64,000 nucleotides of DNA from Hydrurus foetidus. Taxonomy: Eukaryota. The notes beneath the pieces are model-generated. The model was not told the DNA's origin. It did not search any database and saw only the letters and a program-made list of their open reading frames with translations. This document shows, one piece after another, positions 51,253 through 59,333 of the stretch. How positions within the stretch are numbered: position 1 is the first letter of the stretch; the number at the start of each line of letters is the position of its first letter. The translations under genes and the position numbers were made by a program. The stretch lies in NCBI GenBank assembly GCA_900617105.1, contig UYFQ01000001.1, forward strand, positions 62,001 through 126,000, read 5' to 3'.

Positions 51253-52470
51253 TCAACGGGCGCGTGCTAGCGCATCCCTGTGAATCTGTTCAAATAAATC
51301 GCGCTGCGCATGGCTGCCACCAATCGCCATCAAACGGGGCAGGGCTTGACCCAAACCCGCCGCCGCCAGCGACCAATCTCCCCGCGCGTGGGCCAGTAGA
51401 CCAAGGCTCGCAGGCAAGGCAACACCTTGCCACACCTCACGCGCCCATCCTGGTGCGGCCTGCTGTGCGAACACGGTGATCTGCGCCATCAAAGTGTCCG
51501 CCTGTGGCAAACCCGCCCGCGCCAGGCCGTACAGGTACTGCATGTCCAAAAATGGCAGCACTTGGTCGTGGGTGCGGGGTGCGAGGTAGCTGCCCAGCTC
51601 TTGCCAGCGCTGGCCCACATCCACACCCACCAACTCCAGCCGCGCCAGCAATGAAATGGCGTTGATCTGGTCTTGTGAATAGCGCTTTTCCACGCCCCAA
51701 ACCCGCTCGTCGTACAGGCGCAGCGCGGTGGCGGTGTCGCCCAGCGCCAACGCAAACAGCGCGGTGTGCCACCAGTTGTGCGTCACCATGAAGGAGTTGA
51801 GGCCCGTCCAGGTGCCGCTGTGGGCGTGCATGAAGTCCAGCCCTTCGGTCAAGCGACCTTGCGTCAGCATCACATGCGCCAAGGCATGGTGCGCCCAGGG
51901 TTCTTTGCGGCACAGGGTGATGGCATGGCGGGCTGCCTGCTCCGCGTCGTCCAGGCGATGGCACTGTTCGTAACCAAAAGCCACCATGCCGTGCAGGTAG
52001 GGCACGTCACCCGCTGCGGGCAAAGCGGCCAGTGCCAGCCGCAGCATGGTGGGGGCATCGCCCCGGTTGAAGGCGTGGTACTGGCCTAATTTGAGCGAAA
52101 CCAAGTCACGCGGATGTTCGCGCACCTGCTCTTCGTGCAGGCGAATCGCTTGTGGAATGTCGCCATCAATCCAGGCGGCGACGGCTTTTACAAACCGCCC
52201 TTCGTGGGCTGTGGACGCTGATGATGCGTTTTGTGGGCTGTTCAGTGCGCGGCTGATGAAGGGGCGGGCGTTGGTCACGGCATCGGCTGACTCGGCAAAC
52301 ATGTGCAGCGCCGCGCAGTACGCTTGAACCAAGGGTGATGCGTCCGCCTGCGCTTGCAAGATGTTGACGGCCCGCGCCTCACAGGCGATGAAGCCGTCTA
52401 CAAAGTCGTTCAGCGGGGCCAGCGAGGCCGCATCAGCCAGCGTGACTGTGTTGCCTAGAACATCCAGCAT
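51253..52470 (-). CDS. TPR protein (TTC38-like)
   Basis: WAHHALAHV, HNWWHTAL, GGSHAQRDLF motifs. Confidence 0.8.
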   Translation of the reverse strand: MLDVLGNTVTLADAASLAPLNDFVDGFIACEARAVNILQAQADASPLVQAYCAALHMFAESADAVTNARPFISRALNSPQNASSASTAHEGRFVKAVAAWIDGDIPQAIRLHEEQVREHPRDLVSLKLGQYHAFNRGDAPTMLRLALAALPAAGDVPYLHGMVAFGYEQCHRLDDAEQAARHAITLCRKEPWAHHALAHVMLTQGRLTEGLDFMHAHSGTWTGLNSFMVTHNWWHTALFALALGDTATALRLYDERVWGVEKRYSQDQINAISLLARLELVGVDVGQRWQELGSYLAPRTHDQVLPFLDMQYLYGLARAGLPQADTLMAQITVFAQQAAPGWAREVWQGVALPASLGLLAHARGDWSLAAAGLGQALPRLMAIGGSHAQRDLFEQIHRDALARAR

Positions 52471-52489
52471 GATGGTGATGGGTCAGCCG

Positions 52490-53989
52490 TCAAGACCAGG
52501 ACATGGCCCCGATGTCGTTCACAAACACCGGCCAATCTTTCCACAGACCCTTCACGCCTTTGTTGGCCACCGTCACCCATTGGGGCTGGTACAAAAAGCC
52601 ATGTACCGCGTCTTCGGCCAGCAGGCGCTGTGCATCGCCCAGCAGCTTGGCACGGTCAGCGGGGCGCAGCGCATTTTTCGACTTGGTGTACAGCTCGTTG
52701 AACTTGGCAGACTGGTAGCCCCAGTAGTAATCGGGCTTGGCAAAGTTACCCAGATCGAAGGCCTCAACGTGCGAGATGATGGTCATGTCGTAGTTTTTGG
52801 TGCCATACACACCCGACAACCACTGTGCCCATTCCACGTTTTGCAGCTTGGCGACGATACCCACCTTGGCCAGTTGCGCCGCGATGATCTCGCCACCTTG
52901 GCGTGCGTAAGGGGGAGGTGGCAGCACGATGCTGATCTCCAGCGGTGTCGTGACTCCTGCTTCTTTCAGCAAGGCTTTGGCTTTTTCGGGGTTGTAAGGG
53001 TTCACGCCGGTGGTGTCCACGTAGCCAAAGGCACCGGGTACGTAGTGGCTGCCAATCGGTGAGCCCAAGCCTTCAACGGAGCCGTCAATGATGGCTTTGC
53101 GGTCAATCGCTGCCGCAATGGCGCGGCGCACGCGCACGTCATCAAACGGTTTCTTTTTGTTGTTGATCGCCAAAATTGTCTTGGCACGCGAGCCGTTGAC
53201 TTGTGCCTGGAATTTGGCATTGGCTTTGAACTGTTCCAAAGCTTTGGGGTTCACGCGGGGGAACACATCCACATCCCCGGCCAGCAAGGATGCAATTTGG
53301 GCGGCAGGGTCACTGATGAAGCGGATGCTGGCCTTGCGGATTTTGATGTTGGCCGCAGCACGAAACCCGTCCCACTTGATCAGCACGAGGGACGCGCCTT
53401 TGCTCCAGTTCTCCAGCTTGTACGGGCCGGTGCCCACAGGCTTGGTGGCGTTGGTGTCCACGCTTTTAGGCTCGACGATGATGGCGGTGGCTTGCCCCAT
53501 CAGGAACAAAAAGTCAGGGTCAATCTCGTTGTTGATGACGACGACGGTGTGCTCGTCTGACACGACGGTGGCCATGTTGGCAAAGGTGCGTTTGTCTTTG
53601 TTGGTGCTCTTTTCGCCGCCTGCACGGTCAAACGAATACTTCACCGCTGCTGCATTGAACGGTTCGCCATTCTGGAATTTCACGCCTTTGCGCAACTTGA
53701 AGGTGTAGGTGCGCAAGTCAGGCGACACCTCCCAGCTTTCAGCCAGCAGCGGGCCGACACTGCCATCGGCGTTGATTTTGGTCAGCGTCTCAAACACGTT
53801 GTACAAGACGACTTCGGCAATGGCGGATGCCGCGCCACCCGTTGGGTCAAGCCCCGTCGGCTCCAGCGTCATGCCCAGTGTGAGCGTGTCTTTTTTGCTC
53901 TGCGCCAGGGCGTGCAGGGGCAGGCTGGCGAGGGAGGCGGCTGCAACAGACGCGAGGGTGATACTTTGCGTAAAGGAACGGCGTTTCAT
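52490..53989 (-). CDS. ABC transporter substrate-binding protein, family 5 (peptide/nickel)
   Basis: Tat-like leader, PLLAESWEVS, YTFKLRKGVKF, PVGTGPY, VRRAIAAAIDR. Confidence 0.92.
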   Translation of the reverse strand: MKRRSFTQSITLASVAAASLASLPLHALAQSKKDTLTLGMTLEPTGLDPTGGAASAIAEVVLYNVFETLTKINADGSVGPLLAESWEVSPDLRTYTFKLRKGVKFQNGEPFNAAAVKYSFDRAGGEKSTNKDKRTFANMATVVSDEHTVVVINNEIDPDFLFLMGQATAIIVEPKSVDTNATKPVGTGPYKLENWSKGASLVLIKWDGFRAAANIKIRKASIRFISDPAAQIASLLAGDVDVFPRVNPKALEQFKANAKFQAQVNGSRAKTILAINNKKKPFDDVRVRRAIAAAIDRKAIIDGSVEGLGSPIGSHYVPGAFGYVDTTGVNPYNPEKAKALLKEAGVTTPLEISIVLPPPPYARQGGEIIAAQLAKVGIVAKLQNVEWAQWLSGVYGTKNYDMTIISHVEAFDLGNFAKPDYYWGYQSAKFNELYTKSKNALRPADRAKLLGDAQRLLAEDAVHGFLYQPQWVTVANKGVKGLWKDWPVFVNDIGAMSWS

Positions 53990-54055
53990 GGGGCAAGTTC
54001 TCCAAAGGGTGGAGCCCAGATAGTAGCCTTGAAAAGCGGGGGTGTGCCGCCGTCT

Positions 54056-55411
54056 CTACCCTGGCCGCCCTTTGGTAATCCATTCCTCGGTTTTGCGGAT
54101 ACCGAGTCGGTAGCGGGCGCAGTTGAATGGCTCCAGGCCTTGTAGCTCTTTGCGTAGCAGTGCCAAAAACTCACCCTGGTCGTCTGGTGGCAATGCCAAA
54201 GCGATGCAGGCTTGGTCGGCTCGTGTGTTTTCTTGCACCACTTGCCGCACAGCTTCTCCCAAACTCTCGCGGTAGCGGGCCCGAAAGGGGTCGGGCAAGC
54301 CCATAGATTCGAGGATCACTTTGTACTTGTCGATGGAGCGGCGGTACGTCCACGCAAAAAGCTCAACCGCCATGCGCACATCCAACCGCTCGTAAATGCC
54401 CATGACGGCCAGGGCGTAATCGGTAGATTCCACATCCAAGAAGGACAGCGGTGCGCAGTTGGACAGCATCAGAGGCAGGTTGGCACACAGTCGACTGGTG
54501 CGTTTGTTACCGTCCTCAAACGGTTGCAAGTAGGCGATGTTGACCCATAAGAAAAAGGCCGCCTCCACCGGGTTTTTGATGTGCTGTGATTTTGCGACGA
54601 CGATGTCCAGCATTTCCTCCAGCAGCGTCGGCACTTGTGTGGGCACATACACCGAGTTGGTGATGTTGACCACGGTGGTGCGGATGGCCCCCATCGAGTC
54701 TGCGTTCTCCAGCAGCCCTTGCATCAGCAAACTCTGGATATTGCGCACCACGGCCATGCCAATGCCGTATTCTGGAACGGCATCCACCATGAATTCAATG
54801 GCTTCTTTGTGGTTCAAGAGCATGGTCGCATCCAAGTCATCGCCCGCAGTGCGGCCTTGGGCAAAAAGCGCTTGGGTGTCCAGCAAACTCTTCAGGTTGC
54901 CCTCTAAGCGCGATGAGTGCCACGACAAATCAATCAACAGTTGTTCCAGCACCTTGCGGGCATAGGTGCTGGCAGGCTGTTGCCCTTGGCTGCGACCCAG
55001 TGCAAAAAGCGATTCCGCCACATCCAGCGGAAGCAGCGAAGATTGATTTGGCACGTAGCCGTCCACAAAGTGCCGTTGGTACGTGACGGGTTGGCGTGTG
55101 CCTATAGGCGCTTCAAGCTCCGCACGAAGTCGCGCAGCGGGTGCGCTCCACAGGGGCGCCAGCGCTGCTGCTGCATACTGTGGCGGTGTTGTGCTCTGCG
55201 CAGGTGTGCTGGCCCTGTACCGGGTAGCTGGCCCAGTGCCCCATCTTTCTATCTGACCGCTGCGCACCAATGCAGCCAGGTAGCGGTTGACGGTAGGGCG
55301 CTTTTGGGCGAGTTGCGTGGTGATGTCTTCGGCGCTGGCAGACGCTAAACCCTGTTGAGCGCGGCTGTCCAAATAACGCTGAATGTCGACTGCGATGTGG
55401 ATTTTTGCCAT
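54056..55411 (-). CDS. Fic-domain protein with N-terminal HTH
   Basis: SSRLEGN inhibitory-helix-like motif, Fic loop variant YLQPFEDGNKRTSR, N-terminal wHTH (RPTVNRYLAALVRSGQI). Confidence 0.88.
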   Translation of the reverse strand: MAKIHIAVDIQRYLDSRAQQGLASASAEDITTQLAQKRPTVNRYLAALVRSGQIERWGTGPATRYRASTPAQSTTPPQYAAAALAPLWSAPAARLRAELEAPIGTRQPVTYQRHFVDGYVPNQSSLLPLDVAESLFALGRSQGQQPASTYARKVLEQLLIDLSWHSSRLEGNLKSLLDTQALFAQGRTAGDDLDATMLLNHKEAIEFMVDAVPEYGIGMAVVRNIQSLLMQGLLENADSMGAIRTTVVNITNSVYVPTQVPTLLEEMLDIVVAKSQHIKNPVEAAFFLWVNIAYLQPFEDGNKRTSRLCANLPLMLSNCAPLSFLDVESTDYALAVMGIYERLDVRMAVELFAWTYRRSIDKYKVILESMGLPDPFRARYRESLGEAVRQVVQENTRADQACIALALPPDDQGEFLALLRKELQGLEPFNCARYRLGIRKTEEWITKGRPG

Positions 55412-55498
55412 CGTTAACTTCTCATTTTTGATTTGATTTTGATCTGATAAGTATTATCAAATCATTTTCTTATCAATTCAACGGTGACTCCCAAGAGA

Positions 55499-55770
55499 TC
55501 ATCGCGCTTGCATGGAATCCTCAGCCGTTGCTTCGTCAGCTCTTCGCAGCAATTCCTGCCGCACTGATGCCGCCACAAAATAACCATATACAGCCCACGC
55601 GGCCAAGGCTTGGCTGACCGTGGGCAAGTGGCCCGCACGTTTGAGCGCCAGCAAAACAGCCCCACTGCCCAGCACGGGCACCGCAAGCCGCATTGCCGTA
55701 GCGCGGGCTTTGCGTTCGTCCACCAGCGCAGTCAGCTTGAAATCCGGAATCAGGTCTTGTAGTACATCAA
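55499..55770 (-). pseudogene. DUF3368/PIN-like toxin gene remnant
   Basis: LVDERKARATAMRLAVPVLGSGAVLLALKRAGHL is typical of DUF3368 C-termini; N-terminal PIN part and GE.EA motif are missing. Confidence 0.6.
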
Positions 55771-56039
55771 TTGCTCAGCATTCTTACATCAAAATTAATA
55801 GCTGGCTACGCAATATATTCAAGGTATACAGACTCATTTGATGCATATTCAAAGCCCTAAAACATCTTCTGAATGCCCTTGAAAGTGGCTCATAGCCCAT
55901 GGTGGAAGGTTTGGTAGCCCAAAAACCGCTAAGACATTGATTTTTAACCATTAAAGAAGCTTTTTTAGCTTATCAATACTGCGTATTAAGCTATCAAATT
56001 TGATACTGAAATCAAAGATGTATGTTGCATTGCAAGACC

Positions 56040-56086
56040 CGACCCCAGTGCCTTCGCGACCCCAGTGCCTTCGACCCCAGTGCCTT
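56040..56086 (+). repeat. Three tandem copies of 15-bp CGACCCCAGTGCCTT
   Basis: Copies at 56040-56054, 56057-56071 and 56072-56086. Confidence 0.9.
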
Positions 56087-56088
56087 GG

Positions 56089-56265
56089 TCAAAAATGCCT
56101 GACAAGCGCGATACCCGACGAAAAAGTGTGCTTCAACGGCACACTGCACTTGACTTGAATGCCTGAAACATAGACCGCGTGTGCGTCGATACGCGGCGCA
56201 GATAAAGACATCCAGGAGATATTTGCAGGGGCAGCCCGTGTCGCCTCAAACCGGGCTCGTCCAAC
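56089..56265 (+). mobile_element. Remnant 3' end of a YR+Y2 element (element C)
   Basis: GATATTTGCAG.GG...GTCGCC shared with the region downstream of the element B transposase (63972-64000); ends in CGGGCTCGTCCAAC like the other element termini. Confidence 0.55.
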
Positions 56266-56312
56266 AAACGGTTCAGATCGCGGCAAGCGCGATCTAACCT
56301 TACTCGTTAGGC
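56259..56312 (+). other. attC site (54 bp), top strand apparently +
   Basis: GTCCAAC-AAACG-GTTCAGAT-CGCG..CGCG-ATCTAAC-CTTACTC-GTTAGGC: R'', L'' with extra C, L', R'. Confidence 0.7.
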
Positions 56313-56572
56313 CTCATCGAGCTTGGCTAGTTCGGCGCGGATTTCTTCAAGTTTGGCCTGTTTATTCTCAACAGATTCTGGGCCAGTGACCGAACTTAAA
56401 CCAAGCAGCAGGTAGTAGACGCACCCGATGTAACCGACCAGACCAAGAAGGCTGTTGACCGACCCGAAGATCAGACCAGTTGTTAGCCAGATCAGAGCTT
56501 TGAACAGAGAGCGACTTGCGCGATACAACAACAATGAGACGAACGCGCCTCTCTCCGGGATACCCTTTGCCG

Positions 56573-57981
56573 CATCTCGTTATACACAAATCCCCTGAGC
56601 CAGAAGCTCCCGTGAGAACCTGATCCCAGCAGCGAAGTCAATGATGCGCTGCATACCCAGCCAGATGGTTTTGACACCCGGCTCCCCATCCCCTTTGCGT
56701 GCCAAGAAACCACCCAGACGAGCGACCAGTCGAACCACTTCATTCAGGGTGGGCGGCTTGTCCGGTATCTTTTCTTTGTTCAGGATGTAGGCGGCCTTCC
56801 ATTCATCCGCCTCAAACATGAGTGCCGCATCCATTTCCGGGCAACTGCGCCCCAGTCGCATCAGCCGCGCAATACGCCACGCGACGATCATGTACATCAC
56901 CACCGCACGCTCGATCCTGTCAATGTCGCCCAGCTGCAATGCCTCCACGTGGCAACCGTTCTTGAGGACATGGAAGAACATCTCTATCTCCCAGCGGGCG
57001 CGGTACCAGTCGATCATCTCGGTGGCCTGTGCCAGTGTGGCCACGTCCCGGTTGGTCAGCAGTCGCCATTCGATGGCCGTCTGTCCCGCTGGTGGTGTCA
57101 TCTCGCGTGCCACGATGCAGCTGGCTGTGACAAAGCCGCCTTTGCCGTCGCGCAGTTGCACGGTTTTAGCCCACACCTGTTGCTCTACCTCGCGGGTGGC
57201 TTTGCCCTGTCGCGCAGGCATGGTGAAACGGATCGTGCCCAGGGCTTGGGTGGCCGTTACTTGGGGCCACAGTTTGGCTCCCGCCCCCAGTGCGCGGTTG
57301 TGTTTGGAGCGCACCAGCCAGTCCACCGGGGTTTGGAGTTCGCGGGCACGCACCATTAACTCCATGATGTCGGCCTCGCGGTCTGCCAAGTACACCAGTC
57401 GGGTAAGGGGCAGCAGCGGGGCTATCTCGGCCAGGCGTTCGTAGCCTTCTGTCCAGCGCAAACTCTCGCTGACTCCGGGGCGTGTGCCGTCAGCATTTTT
57501 TGCCTTGCGTGCCCACATCCATGCGTCCAGCACGCCCAGCGGTTCGCGGGTGGTAGAAATGGCGTAGGTGGGGTGCAGGTACATGCCGCGCTGTGGGGCG
57601 TAGCTCAGGGGTCCCAGTCCCGCAGCTTGTTGGCCGTTGAAGTCGAGTTCGGTGGTGTCTTGGATGCACAGCACGACGGGGTGCGCCGCCATACGGGTCA
57701 TGCTGCTTTGGACGTGGGGCTCCAAGATGTCAGTCCATTCGAAGGCATCGTTGTCGAAGAAGCGGTACGCCCCCAAGGTGTCGGCCCAGTCCCCGCAGGC
57801 TTGGGGATGCTACCGGTGGGCATCGCGCTGAAGCCTTCCATCATCTTGATTGCACGTTTGTTGCGCCTCTTGTCGCCCAAATCCATCGTCTCAAACTCCC
57901 TTTTTGCCCAGTTCACTTGTGTTTCATGCTATTAAATTCGCAGCATACCTTAGGCTCGGGAGAGTTGTGTATAACGAGATG
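56573..57981 (-). mobile_element. IS4-family, IS50/Tn5-like insertion sequence (1409 bp)
   Basis: 19-bp IRs CATCTCGTTATACACAAAT / CATCTCGTTATACACAACT; 9-bp TSD CCTTTGCCG at 56564-56572 and 57982-57990. Confidence 0.92.
56580..57916 (-). pseudogene. IS4-family DDE transposase with a frameshift near 57803
   Basis: WAKREF..DLGDKRR N-terminus in one frame; YRFF, QDTTE, DREAD, YRARWEIEMFF..LK and LGGFL..K.DGEPG in another. Confidence 0.85.
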
Positions 57982-58206
57982 CCTTTGCCGCTAGGACGTT
58001 GTATTTGATTTGCTGCTCAAGCAAGTAGTGGCGCCTTCGTTCTTTCGAGATGGCAGAGACTCTTCGCTGTGCGGCAGAGAAGACTCGTTGCCCGAAATAG
58101 ACAGTTGTGGCGAAGAGAGCAGATCCCAGCGCGCCTTGAATGATGACGGGTAGGTCGGTAATCGCGGAGTAGAGCTTGTCGAGCATGTGCGGAGTGTGAC
58201 TATGAG

Positions 58207-58269
58207 GCCTAACGTCTGAGTTCAGAGGCGCGCCGATGTTGGCGTGTCCGTTGAAACGAAAAGTTATAC
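58207..58269 (-). other. attC site (63 bp)
   Basis: Minus strand GTATAAC-TTTTC-GTTTCAAC...TCTGAAC-TCAGAC-GTTAGGC with 5/6-nt spacers, directly after the HNH stop; + strand folds with G-T pairs. Confidence 0.85.
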
Positions 58270-58270
58270 A

Positions 58271-58939
58271 TCATTTGCTAGCGCCTTTGCCGCGATTGCA
58301 ATCAAAACAAAGGGTTTGCAAATTTTCTTCAATAGTCTCACCACCGTTTGACCATGGCGTAATATGATCGATCTCCAGCGTTAATCCCGGTACGTGGTTC
58401 TGTGTTCGCCCACACACAACACAACGGAAGTTGTCTCTTTTCATTACCAAAAATCTCAGACTTAAAGAAGGGTCACGTTGTGTTCTTTTAGAACTTCCCT
58501 TGAGCTTAAGTTCTGCCTCGTAGCTAATGACTTCATCTTGTTCTTTATTGACATATGCCACGAATTCCTCAAGTGCTTTATTCCAACTTCCGAAACGAAT
58601 TTGGTAGGTTTGCCCTGTGTATCGAGATGGCTCAATCGCGAGATCTCGATAGACTGGTTGTTTTCCTTTTGAAATCCAAACGTTTTTTAAATTGTCAAAT
58701 AAATCTACCAATGAAATATTTTTTTCTTCAATAACGTCAATGCCCGCTCTTTGCAAACCACTATTCCAGGTGCCGAATCTAATTTGAATCGTTCCGGAGG
58801 AATATTTACCTAACTCCCCATAAGCACGATTGGTAAGGCGTTTCCCTTGTACTTTGAGTCTCGTATCGACTGTCCTCAAGTCCTGCAGGAGCTCGTCATC
58901 CGTAACATTGCGATTGAAAGTGTCGAGTTCAAATTTCAC
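58271..58939 (-). CDS. HNH endonuclease with two N-terminal homing-endonuclease-associated repeats (gene cassette)
   Basis: Repeats RFGTWNSGL / RFGSWNKAL; RDNFRCVVCG...EIDHITPWSNGGETIEENLQTLCFDCNRGK; AT-rich. Confidence 0.88.
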   Translation of the reverse strand: MKFELDTFNRNVTDDELLQDLRTVDTRLKVQGKRLTNRAYGELGKYSSGTIQIRFGTWNSGLQRAGIDVIEEKNISLVDLFDNLKNVWISKGKQPVYRDLAIEPSRYTGQTYQIRFGSWNKALEEFVAYVNKEQDEVISYEAELKLKGSSKRTQRDPSLSLRFLVMKRDNFRCVVCGRTQNHVPGLTLEIDHITPWSNGGETIEENLQTLCFDCNRGKGASK

Positions 58940-58956
58940 TGGGCATTCCTAATGAT

Positions 58957-59041
58957 GTATAACAATCAGCGTTTATCCGCCGCGCCACAAAGGCCAGCCA
59001 AGAGCGAGAACATTGAACGCGGGGGATAAACCATGTTGGAC
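58957..59041 (-). other. attI-like or atypical att site (85 bp)
   Basis: Minus strand GTCCAAC-ATG-GTTTATCC...GGATAAAC-GCTGATT-GTTATAC; inverted GTTTATCC/GGATAAAC, spacers 3 and 7 nt, unpaired centre. Confidence 0.5.
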
Positions 59042-59333
59042 TGAACCGCCCGTGATGCGGTCAATTGAGGGTTGTTTGAACCATAGGGGATTTCAATTTC
59101 TGCACCCCCTGTGGTAAGTATTGTGACCCCAGTGACAGTGCATTTTGAACGTGAATATTACCTAAATCACCCTCATTGCGGCGACAGTTGACACCCTACA
59201 AAGCGAGTTGCACCGCAGGCCAATGCTGCGTTGATCTTGCCCCCTTCGTTGGCACACGTCTACCCGCACCAAGGCCCAAGCCCTGATGAAGCCACGCCCA
59301 CTTGGGCAGCGCCCGTCAACCCGGTTCCCACGC

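Larger units (their letters stand above)
56307..58186 (-). pseudogene. Cassette-borne membrane protein (~153 aa) interrupted by an IS
   Basis: Removing the IS and one TSD joins ...YNVLAAK to GIPERGAFVSLLLYRAS...KLDEA in frame; stop codon lies in GCCTAAC. Confidence 0.8.

Noticed and set aside
56040..56086. Possible mini-CRISPR
   Set aside because: 15-bp units with 0-2 bp between them, no spacers and no cas genes in the window.
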